Below are positions 45,811-61,180 of a DNA stretch of 64,000 nucleotides, piece by piece. Positions within the stretch are counted from its first letter, which is position 1. Each line of letters starts with the position of its first letter. The DNA comes from Eledone cirrhosa (lineage: Eukaryota), in contig OZ024750.1 in NCBI GenBank assembly GCA_964016885.1, forward strand, positions 19,964,001 through 20,028,000, read 5' to 3'. The notes under the pieces were generated by a model, which was not told the origin of the DNA, did no database searches, and saw only the letters and a list, made by a program, of their open reading frames with translations. The translations under genes were made by a program, and so were the position numbers.

Positions 45811-46973
45811 TCAAACGACGCAATTGATCAACTCAAGACTCTATAACGCATGCACTGTATGCGTTGCATGCACGGACCCTTCGCCCTTGATGCATTTATA
45901 TATAAACACGCTCCCACCCACCACACCCACATATACATATGTGTGTGTAAAGAGAGAGAGAGAAAGCCAGAGAGAGAAATGGAAAGAAATGTGCAGGCTT
46001 ACAGGCGAGAACATGTGAGTTAACGATTGTGCCGTTGCATAACATTTAAAATGCGAGGGGATAAAAACGCTGGATTATACAATACACAGAAATATTTAAA
46101 TTATAACGCTTTGCCTTTTATACACAATGGCTTAACGACACCGATGGCCATCTGCATAAATCTCACATTAGCAGCAGTCACTTCTAAATAACACCTAACA
46201 CTGCAATATTTTCTAAGATAAATTTATTGCATACGGCTGACATAACAATCATTAGGTCTCGGGTTCTCTCTCATTACTCGGCTTCTTGGGTACATGTCAT
46301 TTAACATAGGTTTGACTTGTGGTATGACTTCTGGAAACAATTGTTTAAACAGAAACTGTCAGAAAGCCTGTGGGATGTATCGTACCAGTTTTTCAAAGGG
46401 ACAACATTTTCAGACTCCGCAACACGCTGAATCTGTTTGAGAATTTAAATATTCATTCCATGAACAGGTTGTTCGGGTGATTGAATAATTGAAATATTCA
46501 TCGTAAAATCCAACATAGTTCCAATCTATGGTATAAAAATTGCAGGGGTGAACATATGCGTGAATCCCAGGATATCGCCACTAACATTGAGTCCACTCAC
46601 CATCATATTTTCTTATCTTTTCTCATATAAAGTTATTGCATGAGGAAACGAAATGAAATGAAATGAAAAACACAAAATAAATTAAAATGAAATAGAATTA
46701 TCGACAATAAAAGGAACTAAAAGAAGTGAAAATGAAAGAAGGTGTTAGCAATCTGGCTGACACCGAGTTATTCTGAAGTGTACTTTTGGAAGCATTTCAG
46801 TTTTTACAATTTATTTTACTTTACTTAGTTATTGAAAGTGTCTTCTTCAAAATATATTTGGCATAAAATCTGTGAATAAATCAAAATATTCTTTTAGCTT
46901 GGATGACTTTTCTCGAACTTGGCTGGAACCATATGGTATAGTGTGCCAAAATATGATGGCGAAAAAATTCATG

Positions 46974-47005
<32 letters not shown>

Positions 47006-47166
47006 TAATTCTGTTAAAACTATAAGCTTGAATAAACAAATCATACGAAAAATAGAAAAATGAAACGATAATATTGTTACTATGAAGTTAAAGGAATATA
47101 TATGTATCTGTGTATGAATATATGTGTATGAGTTGCTATACATTTTTATGTATATATATAAAGACC

Positions 47167-47233
<67 letters not shown>

Positions 47234-47955
47234 TGCTAAAGAATAGAGATAGAAATGTTACCGATACTGTTGTATATTGTAATAGTAATGTATTCCCCTA
47301 TAATGGCAGAATCCTTTGCGGATGTTGCTACTTTATCAGATAACAAATAATTTGTGTGGGGAAATTGCAAATTTTCTTGTTCCTGCAAATAATTCAAACG
47401 ATATTATTGCCAACAATACTGACAAAATAAATCGCAGACATGTGTTTATTGGGTCGATTGGATTGCTAGAAGTACCAGTCAAATTTAAAAATTCAGAAGT
47501 TGATATTTCAATGAGAAAAATATGGAAAACGTTTTAATTTATTCATTCTTGAAATATTTTAAGTGTTATTATACCCTACTAGTAGGACCGTGCCGTCAAT
47601 AATGACGGCAGTAGCGTTGACAGTATTTAATATTTCGAATTCCTGAACGGTACGTCTTTTAGACCAGGATTACTATATAAAACCAATCATACAAACTTGG
47701 TAATTTGCGGTTTGATAAATGAATGGTTTACGTAAGAGAAACTCTATAATTTATGTTGACACATGAAAGTGATTAAATATAGCAATGAAATCTCAATAAT
47801 TTACTTCTAGAATATAATTGCACAAACGTTCAGCATATTTGTCCAAAGATTAAGCGTGTGGGTAAATATGACCAAATAAATTATAGGGAACTTCTTTATG
47901 TAAAAACATAACTATGTTTATAAATGTATTATATGTTTAAATGTCAAAGAGCTAC

Positions 47956-48072
<117 letters not shown>

Positions 48073-48174
48073 AGGGAGTGTAATATGAAGTTGCTGTAGG
48101 TTCACCCAGGCGAGCAGTAGGTTCACCTCACCCCGTCAGTAGCGAGGTATAGTGTTACACAGATTGTAATATGT

Positions 48175-48342
48175 GTTTCTACTTTGGGCACAATGCCAAC
48201 AATTAATCAGTACATTACTGGTACTTTATTTTATCGATCCCGTAAGGATTATAGGTAAAGTTAACCTCGGTAGGATTTGAACTCAGACCGTAAAGGAACG
48301 TAACTCAGCTGGTAAGCATAGTGTGCGTCCGTTTACTCATAC

Positions 48343-48345
<3 letters not shown>
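48175..48345 (-). mobile_element. tRNA-derived SINE
   Basis: Reverse complement of the family consensus. Confidence 0.85.
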
Positions 48346-48380
<35 letters not shown>

Positions 48381-48411
48381 AAGAATCAAAGAACTGTTCA
48401 AAACATTATTG

Positions 48412-48458
48412 TGCTTACAGCTGTTTCCTCCAAACCGAGGTTTGGATTCTTCGGAGCA
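48412..48458 (-). ncRNA. Hammerhead ribozyme, U4C variant
   Basis: Minus strand reads tgct CCGAAGA atccaaacc-tc-ggtttggag GAAA cagctg TA agca. Confidence 0.75.
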
Positions 48459-49285
48459 ATTTATTAATGCATGGACAGTTATATGACCTCCTTTTCAGCC
48501 GAGAGACATACCAACACATATTCAAACATTGATACATATTCAAACATTGTGGGTCAACATTCATTACAGAATTTAGAGTGGCAGTACACACTTCGAGATT
48601 ACATTTATATTAATAGGTACAATCAAAAATCAAAGATATAGGTTAAAGTACAACATGAAGATAAGTGGTTATATAGTGCAAATGTTATATGTGTGGCACG
48701 CATGTGCGTCTTGTTTATATAGTGTGGCAGAGAGATATGTGTGGTAGAGGCACTTAGGTAGGTAAATAAGAGTGTTAGGTTGGTAGATCTGGTGGCAAAG
48801 TCTTTATATGATTGATATAGTCTGTGTGTGTAAAATACTTACAACTGCTTAAGGTTTTGTGTTTACATAACCATAAATAGTATAACTAATACTATATATA
48901 TATATATATATATTGGTAAACGGAATAGAAAATGCTGACAAATTGTTCACAGTTGAAAAATGGTTTAATTAGGAATAAAAGAGTATTAGTGATTGTATGG
49001 GTTAGTATTCGGTTGTGGTTTTAAGTTTTTAAGTTTTTACCGGTTGCGCATTTCTAAATGCTTTTCAAAAATAATTTTGAGATAGAGTGTCCGTGCTGTT
49101 TGCTCTGATCTGATTAGTTTTGGGAATTCTACCTGTTTTTATGTTAAAAAAATTTTGGCTCCAGCGTTATTTTTGTGTTGCAAAAATGCTTGTGGTCAAA
49201 ACAATTTTGATTGGTCGGTAGAGGTCATGTGGATAAAAAATTGGTTTTGCGCCAAGATTGAGAAATGACTCTTTCACAACAAATA

Positions 49286-49319
<34 letters not shown>

Positions 49320-49999
49320 TGTGTAGTAAGGTATTCGATGCTGCGACAATAGCCAGCAGCGATGTGTGTCAAATGGCTATTAAGATAAGTGTGTGTGTGT
49401 GTGTGGGGGGGGGGGGTGTATATATATATACAGCAGAGTCATTCGAAGGTCAAAGGATATTTTTCAGGTTTCTATCTTATACGGAGAAGTGCGTGTGTGT
49501 GTGTGTGTGTATAAGTCTCTTTGTATGTTGATGTACGCGTGTGTTTGTGTATATATGTGTGTGTGTGGGGGGGGGGGACCAGTATTTTTTTCCCCCTGGT
49601 AAAATGGTGTACATTATTCGATTTTTTCAGTAAAATCGGTTCTCTTAATAGAACATCAAAAATCTTAACAATAAAAGGTGTGAAATGATATTCACTATAT
49701 ATATACACACACACACACACATATATTCACTACATATATATATATATATACATATATACATACATATATATGCACATATATTTTTTTGTATTGCACCATA
49801 GAGCATGTGTGTTTACGTGTGTCATTGTGTTTATATGTGGGTAGAGATGTGTGCTGATGTAGGTATGTATGTTGACGTTTGTATGTTGTGGGTTCGTCTT
49901 AGGGAGAAGTGTTTAGACGGGGTCCGTATTTGTTAATGAAGTAAGATTCCTTGCTGATGCGCTGGGTGTGGGTGGCATTATCTTTAAATTTGTAGAGGG

Positions 50000-51442
50000 A
50001 TGCTCAATCACCTCCCTAATATGCCACTTTCTGAACAAACCCTACTAGTGACGTTCGATGTAGTCAACCTATACTCCAACATCCCCCACAACCTAGGAAT
50101 AGAAGCTATCCAATTCTGGGTGGATAATTTCCACAATGAACTCCCACAACGCATCAAAAAAGAATTCTTGATAGAGGGACTCAAATTTATCTTGGAGAAC
50201 AATTACTTCGTTTTCAATAACAAACCCTACAGGCAGAAATCTGGGACCGCTATGGGAACGAAAACAGCCCCTACTTATGCCAATCTAGTCATGGGATACC
50301 TGGAAATCACCCTCTACACTAAAGTCCTAAACAAATTTGGAAACACCCTCCACTTACACATTGAAAGGAACTGGAAGCGATATCTAGATGACTGCTTCAT
50401 CCTTTGGCACGAAAACATCGAAAAACTTAAAGAATTTCACACCCTTATAAATGGGCTCAACACAAATATTAACTTCACGATGGAATACAGCCATCAACAA
50501 CTCCCCTTCCTCGACATCCTCATTAAGATACATAACAAGAAAATAGAAACAGACATATACTACAAGCCCACAGACTCCAAGCAATACCTCTCCTTCAACT
50601 CTTGCCACCCTAGACACGTTAAAATTAATATTCCCTACAACTTAGCCAAGAGAATCTGTACTATAGTCTCCAATAAAAACATCTGCTACTTACGGCTACA
50701 AGAACTAAAGGACACACTCATAGGCAGGGACTACCCTGCATTACTAATTGACAATGGAATCCAACGTGCCCTAAAACTCAGTACCCAGGACCTTAGACAC
50801 CCTAAAGTAAATCAACCAAAACTAAAAGCTCTTCCATACATCTCCACACACAACCCCCTCAACAATGAGGCCTTTGACACCATCCTCCAGAACATCCCTG
50901 TATTGAAAAAGGACCATAGAATGAACCAAATTCTACGAACACACGATATCATAAAGAGCAAAAGACAATCCAAGTCAATGAAAAACATCTTAACACATGC
51001 CAAAGTACTGCCAACCACAACAACAAAACCCACAGTAAAAAAATGCGATAGACCCAACTGTGGCATTTGCATCAACCTAATAGAGGGTTCGGAATTCTAT
51101 TTCAAAGATGGACAACGTTTTATAGTAAAACACAATTTCACATGTGCATCGGAAAATCTAATATATGTATTAACTTGTTCAGGTTGTCGAGAACAATACA
51201 TAGGCCAGACCAAAAACAGCCTCCGCCAACGCATGACTGTCCATAGATCCCAAATTAAAATACGGGAATACAGGAAAATACCACTGAGTGAACACATTGA
51301 TACCTGTGCCGCCCAAAATCATCCCAACTTCAGAATCTTTCCCCTCTACAAATTTAAAGATAATGCCACCCACACCCAGCGCATCAGCAAGGAATCTTAC
51401 TTCATTAACAAATACGGACCCCGTCTAAACACTTCTCCCTAA
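50000..51442 (+). CDS. PLE reverse transcriptase (partial) + Zn linker + GIY-YIG endonuclease
   Basis: FDVVNLYSNIP, QKSGTAMGT.TAP, RYLDDCF, LPFLD; CDRPNCGIC linker; NLIY..C..C...YIGQT..LRQR..H; ESYFI...PRLN. N-terminal RT is missing. Confidence 0.95.
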   Translation: MLNHLPNMPLSEQTLLVTFDVVNLYSNIPHNLGIEAIQFWVDNFHNELPQRIKKEFLIEGLKFILENNYFVFNNKPYRQKSGTAMGTKTAPTYANLVMGYLEITLYTKVLNKFGNTLHLHIERNWKRYLDDCFILWHENIEKLKEFHTLINGLNTNINFTMEYSHQQLPFLDILIKIHNKKIETDIYYKPTDSKQYLSFNSCHPRHVKINIPYNLAKRICTIVSNKNICYLRLQELKDTLIGRDYPALLIDNGIQRALKLSTQDLRHPKVNQPKLKALPYISTHNPLNNEAFDTILQNIPVLKKDHRMNQILRTHDIIKSKRQSKSMKNILTHAKVLPTTTTKPTVKKCDRPNCGICINLIEGSEFYFKDGQRFIVKHNFTCASENLIYVLTCSGCREQYIGQTKNSLRQRMTVHRSQIKIREYRKIPLSEHIDTCAAQNHPNFRIFPLYKFKDNATHTQRISKESYFINKYGPRLNTSP

Positions 51443-51915
51443 GACGAACCCACAACATACACACGTCAACATACATACCTACATCAGCACACATCTCTAC
51501 CCACATATAAACACAATGACACACGTAAACACACATGCTCTATGGTGCAATACAAAAAAATATATGTGCATATATATATATGTATATATGTATATATATA
51601 TATATATATATGTAGTGAATATATGTGTGTGTGTGTGTGTGTGTATATATATAGTGAATATCATTTCACACCTTTTATTGTTAAGATTTTTGATGTTCTA
51701 TTAACAGAACCGATTTTACTGAAAAAATCGAATAATGTACACCATTTTACCAGGGGGAAAAAATACTGGTCCACCCCCCCACACACACACATATATACAC
51801 AAACACACGCGTACATCAACATACAAAGAGACTTATACACACACACACACACACGCACTTCTCCGTATAAGACTAAAGCTGAAAAATATCCTTTGACCTT
51901 CGAATGACTCTGCTG

Positions 51916-52018
<103 letters not shown>

Positions 52019-52078
52019 ATCTTAATAGCCATTTGACACACATCGCTGCTGGCTATTGTCGCAGCATCGAATACCTTA

Positions 52079-52128
<50 letters not shown>

Positions 52129-52531
52129 TTGTTGTGAAAGAGTCATTTCTCAATCTTGGCGCAAAACCAATTTTTTATCCACATGACCTCTACCGACCAA
52201 TCAAAATTGTTTTGACCACAAGCATTTTTGCAACACAAAAATAACGCTGGAGCCAATTTTGTTAACATAAAAACAGGTAGAATTCCCAAAACTAATCAGA
52301 TCAGAGCAAACAGCACGGACACTCTATCTCAAAATTATTTTTGAAAAGCATTTAGAAATGCGCAACCGGTAAAAACTTAAAAACTTAAAACCACAACCGA
52401 ATACTAACCCATACAATCACTAATACTCTTTTATTCCTAATTAAACCATTTTTCAACTGTGAACAATTTGTCAGCATTTTCTATTCCGTTTACTAATATA
52501 TAATAACTTGTGTGTTACACCTCTATTCTTT

Positions 52532-52571
<40 letters not shown>

Positions 52572-54593
52572 TATATAAACAAACCTGGCGCCTTATTATG
52601 ACAACATAGTCTGCTCAGATATTAACTTGCTTTGCTAGAAATAGCAGTCAAACATTTAAAATAACACAATGTATTTTGTATGGTTGCATCGTGTGGAAAT
52701 TATTTGTTGTTTCTCCAAATAATTCCAGCGTTGTTATTGCAAATATTTTTGCTAAATAAACAGCAGGACGGTTTTTGAATTGACTATTGATTTGTTGATA
52801 TAACAGTCGAGGTTTTTAAATTACACAGTGTTAAATATTATCCTTAGTGTCAAGCATTTCGCACATAAAAAAAAAAATGCTGCTAGGACCTTTTGAGAAA
52901 ATGTGGCTCGTCTAATGTATCAAACCCACGTCATAAATGTTACTGAACATTATCAAACGTTGAAGAATTGTGAGCAGAGACGACGTTGCAGTGATTTAAG
53001 CAACACGGAGAAAGCCGTAACAATCTTGTATATTCGTTTGTGTATATACACTACAGCTCATAAACTCATAACGGACATCCTTGAGGAGACAAAACTAATT
53101 AGTATTAAGTCTAATGTCTTACACTACCACGCGGCTTTTTGATTTAACGGGGTCAAAAAGCCACGTAACAGTTTTAGACTTCAGGCTTAATATTTTTCAG
53201 CTTTGTCTGGGTGTCATATATGAGTTGCACAGTATATTCTACAAATATAGTTACGGCTTTTTACCTTTTCATTTCTTATCATGGCAATGCCATCTCTGCT
53301 GTTGATTCTTCAATATTTAATGATGTACTATAGCTTTAATGAAGTGGGTGTCAAGTATAAGACTTGCTATAATTTCCCCACTCGGATGCGTTAAGAAAAG
53401 CACGTGGAAAAATATGCAATTGCTTCAGAAGGAGATAACGATAATATACTACCCTGATTTTACCGCAAACGCTGACGCGAGCCGATTATCTATACCTCAC
53501 TCATAGCTCAAACGGCACAATAAATACACCTCATATGTATGTATATATGCCCGTACGCACCCACAAGCGCGCGCGCACACACACACATACACACACATAC
53601 ACACACACACACACATATATACAGATATGTTTATATAAATATACAGGGGTGATAATTATGTTAGCCCTCGAATTGAGTGCTTTATAGCTTATGGATATTT
53701 ATCACAGAATGCAGTGTCCCTTTCTCTTTATATATTTGCATTTACATATGTGTTTGTGTATATGTTTGAAAGTTTTTGCAAATTTACTGGAGGCATCCAG
53801 TATGTTATTTTGTCTCCTATATTACCCTTTAAATTTACAAATAACTATCATTAAAAATTTCAAATCCATATAAAAGTAAAAACACACAAGTGAGGAATTG
53901 CGTGTATCATAAAATTATATGTTGCATAATTACTCACGGGATAAATTTAATCATGCACAACAAAATCAATATCATGGAATGCAGAATCATATCACATCGA
54001 TCCCATTATAGTTATGATATGAAAGATATATTAAAACATACATTAAAAAGAAAAAAAATCAATATTGAATTCGAAATATACAGAAAAAAATATGGAACAA
54101 ATAGCACAATTCATTAACTTCCATTAATGAAACCTACATGTTGCAATTTGTTATGCAGCACTGCATCTGTTAACACACAATTTGCTCTCCCCGCCAGATA
54201 TAAGTCTCTTGTGACGTAAGATAACGTTATATATCGTAATTTAACATGTTAACGTTAGTTTATGGAATGCCATAAAAAAAAATCGAAAACAGGCAAAAGC
54301 AATGGACCTTTCCTTCTATAAGCGTGTGTATTGGACAAAAAACGTGTCGAAACTGCAATAATTATCTCCCATATTCAGGTATGCATATCGATAGATACTC
54401 ACACTCACTTGCACATAGACATAAACGCCCCCTCTCCCCCCTCTATCTCTCTCTCTATATATATATATATATATACGTGTGTGTGTCTGTGTCATTTCTA
54501 TAGGGAAGTATATGCATACGTTGCCCATCATGGTCTCAGCCTCTCGGCTGGAACACCTGCTTGAGTATTAGAGTATATAAACGCAAACAGATA

Positions 54594-54624
<31 letters not shown>

Positions 54625-54629
<5 letters not shown>

Positions 54630-54935
54630 TTGCAAGGTTTTTGATATGAAATCATGTGTTGAAACAAATATTGTTATTTTGGGCGTCATATTGTAATAAT
54701 ATTGCCAGAAATAATAGAACACACTCACTGTTTGTTTACGGTTGGTTTTCGCTTTTGTATCTTTATATCTCCATAGTTAATTTATTTGGCAATTAATGAT
54801 AAACATTGATTGCCAGATAAATTAACTATGGAGATATAAAAGATACAGAAGCGAAAACCAACCCAAACCAAACAGTGTTTGTGTTCTGTTATTATATCTG
54901 GCAATATCCTTACAATATGACCCTCCCCAAACCTG
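54625..54935. mobile_element. Fold-back copy of the 20340 repeat family
   Basis: Arms ~54678-54798/54804-54930; TA-flanked. Confidence 0.8.
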
Positions 54936-57231
54936 TCAATACATATATATATATATAGTGTAAAATGGAACGAGAACAAAACAGAGAGGCAGTAGAACAA
55001 ATGTTTATTAGTTTCACACTCTTGAGAGGGGGGGGGGCACCCACACCCTCCCACACACATACACACACACACATGTGTGTGTGTGTGTGTGTAAGTCATT
55101 TAATGTAGTAGTCTAATATTACATTTGGTAAGGTGTGTAGAGCTTAATGTGCTTGCATTCAAAACAAACGGAATAGGCTTTGGACATTAAAAATCTTACT
55201 GTTGAGGACAGTGAGGTTAACAGAGCATAGATATATAATGCCAAGGTTATGAAATTAAATCCATTATTTTAATACCTACGTTCGTTTCTATACACTTGAT
55301 AATTGTACATGCATATGTAAAAAATTCAATCAGAAAAAATCCATTAACAATTATTCACACTAAAAAAAACAAAAAGAAAAAATACAATACATATAGCACC
55401 CGCATACCATCAGGAATTGTGAAAAGGGAATTTAACCAAATACTAATATCAAATATATGAGCCATGTCAAATGTTGGACATTAGCACATAAAGAACGCAA
55501 GTGAAGAAGCGTTGGAATACGAAGCTGTAAAAGAGTATGTTTCTAGCTTGAAGCAAAGCCAGTACATTATTATTAATTATAATGTAGAAATAATTATTAT
55601 TAATTATAATGTCATTATTTCTTGTGATTGTTAGAAGAACGTTCATTAATGGTAGTTAAATAATATACTTAGACAGAAGAGTAAAAAGCAGGAATCGAAA
55701 CGAAAATAGTTCAGAGTCCGCAGTAGTAATTAGTTTTAGCGTTAAATGATATACATTATATAGGATCATAATTGTAATTAGGTAATGAGGTTCCTAGTTC
55801 CATCATCGATGAAGATCAGAAATGGTGGAGCTCATATTAGTTTGACAATATCAGACATTCGAAGTTACGATTTCTCACTGCAAATTCGAATCGGGAAGCG
55901 GTGTTTCGCGTTGTAAAGTAACCGGTTTAATTTTTGCCCTGCATTACTGCGTGTCTATTTATAATTATATGATTTATTGAATTAAAGACCACCGTACAAT
56001 TAGTCGTTTTGGGTTAGCGAAGTGTTTAATGTAAACATATATTTTTACTATGGTTTACACATGTAAAGTGGTGCTCAGATGGGTATACATGTGTATTATA
56101 CTATTTTTTAACTTTTGGTTCACAATATTTCAAAATACAAATGCATTGGACATTATACCATTTCTTATAGATATTTATTACTCTTTTCCGCAACTTCTTA
56201 CTTAAGTGTTAGGAACTTAACTAGGACAGAAATTCATATAATTCTCACAGCTAGGAAAAACATAATTCAGATTAATGTCTGCCTTTAGACCCGAAATATC
56301 AGTCTTAATACTTTCGACATTATTATAGTTTCAAGTGATTCCGTTCAAGGCACTGATTTAATGGATGTTTTCCGACTAAATAAAATAGAAGGCATTTTCC
56401 ATCCTTCGTAGGGGCTTGTAATCTGATAAAGATCTGTTCCATATTAGCAGGCATTATAACAATAATATATCACATCACATGACTCTACTCAGACCCAATT
56501 TGAATGATAGCAACATATTAAAGCGGACAATTGTTCTCTTTTCCATAGGACTACGACAAAAATTAGTAATTGTATCGAAAATCACTAACCCAGGAAAAAT
56601 AAAGGTGATGTAGAACACACGAATTATGGGAACAAGAGGGTATATTAAATACTAACAGTAACAGAGCAAACTGTGACAATGTAGAACACACAGCGCATGA
56701 GAAGAATAGAATAGGCGTGGAAGTAAGAGAGCAGATATTCACTGTAGTGAACTTTAGAATGTAGACCTCCGAAATCGGCCTCACTTAAATCAGGCCTAAG
56801 TGTAACACTTAAACGACAACCAACTTGGACATAACCAGGTATATCACATATACAAGAAATATACTCGTAGGAAATCCACTAAATGTTTTAACCGGACATT
56901 TACTAAACATATAATATACCTAAACTATTTTTAAATATATTAAATATATTAGCGAAAAGGTTCTACCGATACTATACAATACTTAATGTTAATACCGTAA
57001 CAATATCTTACTCTATTACTCCTAATCAAGCCGACTGTTTCATGAATAGCAATAATATGAAAATACGAAAATATAATTTTATATCAACAGATAGTAGTAA
57101 CCAAGTTAATATAGAAGTGGGAAGTAACCCAGAATTATTAATCGAAACCTCCACACAACGTTCGATCGTCAAGTTTCTAAAATAATAATTCTCTAATTTA
57201 GTTTACCAATGCACTATATCCACGCATAATA

Positions 57232-57454
57232 GTGGTTTCTTATATAGACACAAGGCCATCAATTTTTTTTCGGGGGGGGGGGGGGGGGCGATTAAATCGA
57301 CCCTAGTTCGTGACTGGTACTTAATTTTATCGACCCCGTAAGGAGGAAAAGCAAAGTTAACCTCGGCTGAATTTAAACTCAGATCATAAAAGGCCGTAAC
57401 TCTATGCTGTAAAGCAGGGCGTGTGTCGTCTACCGATACTACCAATCCACTGCC
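57232..57454 (-). mobile_element. tRNA-derived SINE, long-tail variant
   Basis: Perfect 16 bp TSD atatccacgcataata at 57216-57231 and 57455-57470. Confidence 0.92.
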
Positions 57455-58105
57455 ATATCCACGCATAATAATAACATGGGCTACTTCAAATAGCTTTTAA
57501 TCTAGATATTATATATACCATCACTCATTTAGGGAGGAAAATAGCCCGGTAAGCATGAATCTGAAATATACGGAATACCTCTCTATTTTAAAGTCAAGAT
57601 TTGTTATGATTAACAGAATATTTGGGATTTTTCTATCCTCTAAATATTGCTTATATAACCGTACATTTCATTGACGTTTATTGATTATAGTGTTTGTATT
57701 CACTCTCTCAGCCATAGTTCAGGTATTGATAAAATTATACAACCTTAGTATCACATTACTTGTGTAAACATATTTTACAAGTCAAGCAAACTTCCTATCA
57801 ATATTTGTCCCGTTATACGTTTTTACATTTTTTCCATTAACCTTATGGTATTCTATAAATAATACCATTATTTTCATTGTGCAGATATATTTATATTACG
57901 ATAAGACCCACTTTCATACAACTCCAGACGAAAACGTGTATACACACACCACACCCTCATACACAGCACAGCATACCTAAACACACACATACATATATGT
58001 ATATATATATATATACTATAGAGTAAAGCATGTCCAGAGAATTATTTGATAATATAACACAAACAATGCGTATGCAGAATGTTAATTGGTGTATGTGTAA
58101 ATATT

Positions 58106-58156
<51 letters not shown>

Positions 58157-58358
58157 TGTAAACTTACATGCTTTGTTAGCTGAAATTTACTGTTGCAATC
58201 GTTACTCTCTATTTACACATATTTTTGCTAAAGAGAAACACACACAACCACTTATAACTATCAATGTATTTATGTATATATATATATCATTATATATATA
58301 TATGATTATATGTATATATACATATATGTCTATATATATAAAATATACATGCATACGT

Positions 58359-58466
<108 letters not shown>

Positions 58467-58481
58467 GTGTGTGTAGATAAA

Positions 58482-58521
<40 letters not shown>

Positions 58522-58574
58522 TATGTACATATATGTATATATATAGTTATATATATAATATTAACATTCATACG

Positions 58575-58637
<63 letters not shown>

Positions 58638-59076
58638 ATGTATATATATATATACATGTATATATATACATGTATATATATACATGTACATATATATGTG
58701 TATATATATATACATGTTCCTATTTAAAAGTATGTTCGCAGCTTATGAAATGTTTAAATATCTTTGCCAAGTTTGCTGCGTTTACATTGAGTCCACTTAT
58801 CAAAACATTTAGTTGCCAAATTCTCAGCACACACCAAACGTCATTCCCAAATTATGTCGGACTGGTAAAATTTAATTTAGTCTTGGAAATTGCACATGAT
58901 TCCCCAAGATACTTTGGAAATATATTTGTATTCTATACAAACATACTGTTGTAATGAGGGGGGAAATTGAAGTATATTAATTCATTAACGAATATAATTT
59001 TGCCATCACCCTAGATTCAACATTGCCACGAACTATTTATCCATTCAAAAGTAAAGACGAATATGATATTGGTTAT

Positions 59077-59190
59077 GAGTTCAAATCCCGCCGAGGTTAA
59101 CTTTGCCTTTCATCCTTACGGGGTCGATAACATAAAGTACCAGTAATGTACTGGTTAATTTCTGGCCTTGTGCCAATAGTAGAAACAATT
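59077..59190 (+). mobile_element. 5'-truncated SINE
   Basis: Starts at the B-box gagttcaaatcc. Confidence 0.85.
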
Positions 59191-59442
59191 ATTAATATTG
59201 ATTTTGCTGTTGTTTTCTTTCGTTCCTGTTATCCTGAGATCAAATCCCATCGTGGTGATGTTTACCTTTTATTATCCAGCAGAAGATAAAGTTATGTAGC
59301 ATCAAAATACAGCCGCTGATATATTCAAATATCCTTTTTCTTAAACTGCTGCTCTTGTGGAGTCTATTCTTCTATATCTCTTTTTCGTATTCTCTCTCTC
59401 TCACTCTCTCTCTCTCTTTCTCTCTCTCTCGCTCTGTATATA

Positions 59443-59521
<79 letters not shown>

Positions 59522-59544
59522 ATATATATATATAAAAACATATA

Positions 59545-60019
59545 TGAGATCGGAGTGGAAGTAGGACCTTCGTAAAGACCTGAAGATCCGTATTTTCTTT
59601 GCTGTAGTGGAGTCTGTGCTGCTGTAAGTGTCTGAGACTTGGGCACTGACCAAAGAACTCACTTAGATGGTGGTTGGGGGCTATACGAGAATGGTGAAGA
59701 TGGATCTGAATATTAATCAGTATACACTGAGGATAAAGAACTCAGAGCTGTACGGGAACCTCTCGAAAGAAAGTTCGAATGTGACACAGAGGAGACTAAG
59801 CTTAGCTGGACATGCTCACCGAAAACCAGAGTTGACACTGCGCTCAGTGCTCCCATGCAAGCCCCTGCATAAACACACTGGACGAGGACGACCGGGGTTA
59901 ACATATGTTTATGCCCTAAGAACAGACACTGGTTTCTTGGAGACGCAGGACATGGCAGCGCTAATGATGGACAAAGACCGCTGGAGAGAACTCGTTCATG
60001 TATCTCGGGATTTTACCCG

Positions 60020-60021
<2 letters not shown>
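59545..60021 (+). pseudogene. RTE-clade LINE 3' fragment (second family)
   Basis: LKIRIF.AVVESVLL*.SETWALTK...YTRM...ELYG...RRLSLAGH...GRGRP..TYV..L..DTG...MMDKDRWR. Confidence 0.88.
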
Positions 60022-60076
<55 letters not shown>

Positions 60077-60407
60077 CATATGAGGAGTGGGGATGTGTAT
60101 TAACTGAAAATGAAGCTTTGGAAGGTAAAAGGGACGTAAACAAGAGAAGAAGAATATTTCCTCTTTCACCTGTTTGCTACAGATCATAGATGATTCGTCG
60201 CTTAAAACAGAACATCGATATTTTATCCATGAAAGAAGTGATAGCGAAGAGAGAGGAACAAAGGCCAAAAAGGAAAAGAGAAAAAATCGAAGTAAAAATA
60301 CCGATATAAGTTGGCGCACAAGGCAAAAGCACATGTATGTAAAGTAACCGAAGGGAAAGTGGAATACGTTATAGTCCGCCGATGGGTATAAGCCAGTTGG
60401 CGGTGTA

Positions 60408-60541
60408 CAGGGTGGACCAAAAGTCGCAATACACGGAAAATAATTACATTTTTAAGTTTCCATGCTTATTTGGATTTTAACGTGTTCTTTTATGATTTAC
60501 AGATACCTTGATATCCTATGTATCGCGACTCTTGGTCTACC

Positions 60542-60544
<3 letters not shown>
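60408..60544. mobile_element. Tc1/mariner-type MITE
   Basis: TA target duplication; 26 bp TIRs cagggtggaccaaaagtcgcaataca / tgtatcgcgactcttggtctaccctg with 3 mismatches. Confidence 0.85.
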
Positions 60545-60603
<59 letters not shown>

Positions 60604-60650
60604 ATATATGTATATATTTATATATATATATACACACACACACATATATG

Positions 60651-60724
<74 letters not shown>

Positions 60725-60727
<3 letters not shown>

Positions 60728-61180
60728 AAAGTTATATTTAAATTGTTGGGTTACAACTAGTAAATATTTATAACTGATATAAAAGCACTCGACAAATATT
60801 TGGAGTATATTTACAATATTAAATAAATGGAAACTATATTTATAAAACCATATTTATTTCATTATATATATTTCAGGGATATCATATTAACAATATGCTA
60901 TGCCTTCCTCAGACAAAATACAATATAAACAGTTTTATAGATAAATAGATTCGACATACGGTAACATCTACTTGCATTTGAGAAGGTTGATTCAACCTGA
61001 ATCAACCTTCTCAAATGCAAGTAGATGTTACCGTATGTCGAATCTATTTATCTATAAAACTGTTTATATTGTATTTTGTCTGAGGAAGGCATAGCATATT
61101 GTTAATATGATATCCCTGAAATATATATAATGAAATAAATATGGTTTTATAAATATAGTTTCCATTTATTTAATATTGTA
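60725..61180 (-). mobile_element. Near-identical inverted copy of the 25357 fold-back (HHR 61072-61137 plus, 60855-60920 minus)
   Basis: Same arms, same long-arm end and same short-arm end; fold centre ~60993. Confidence 0.9.
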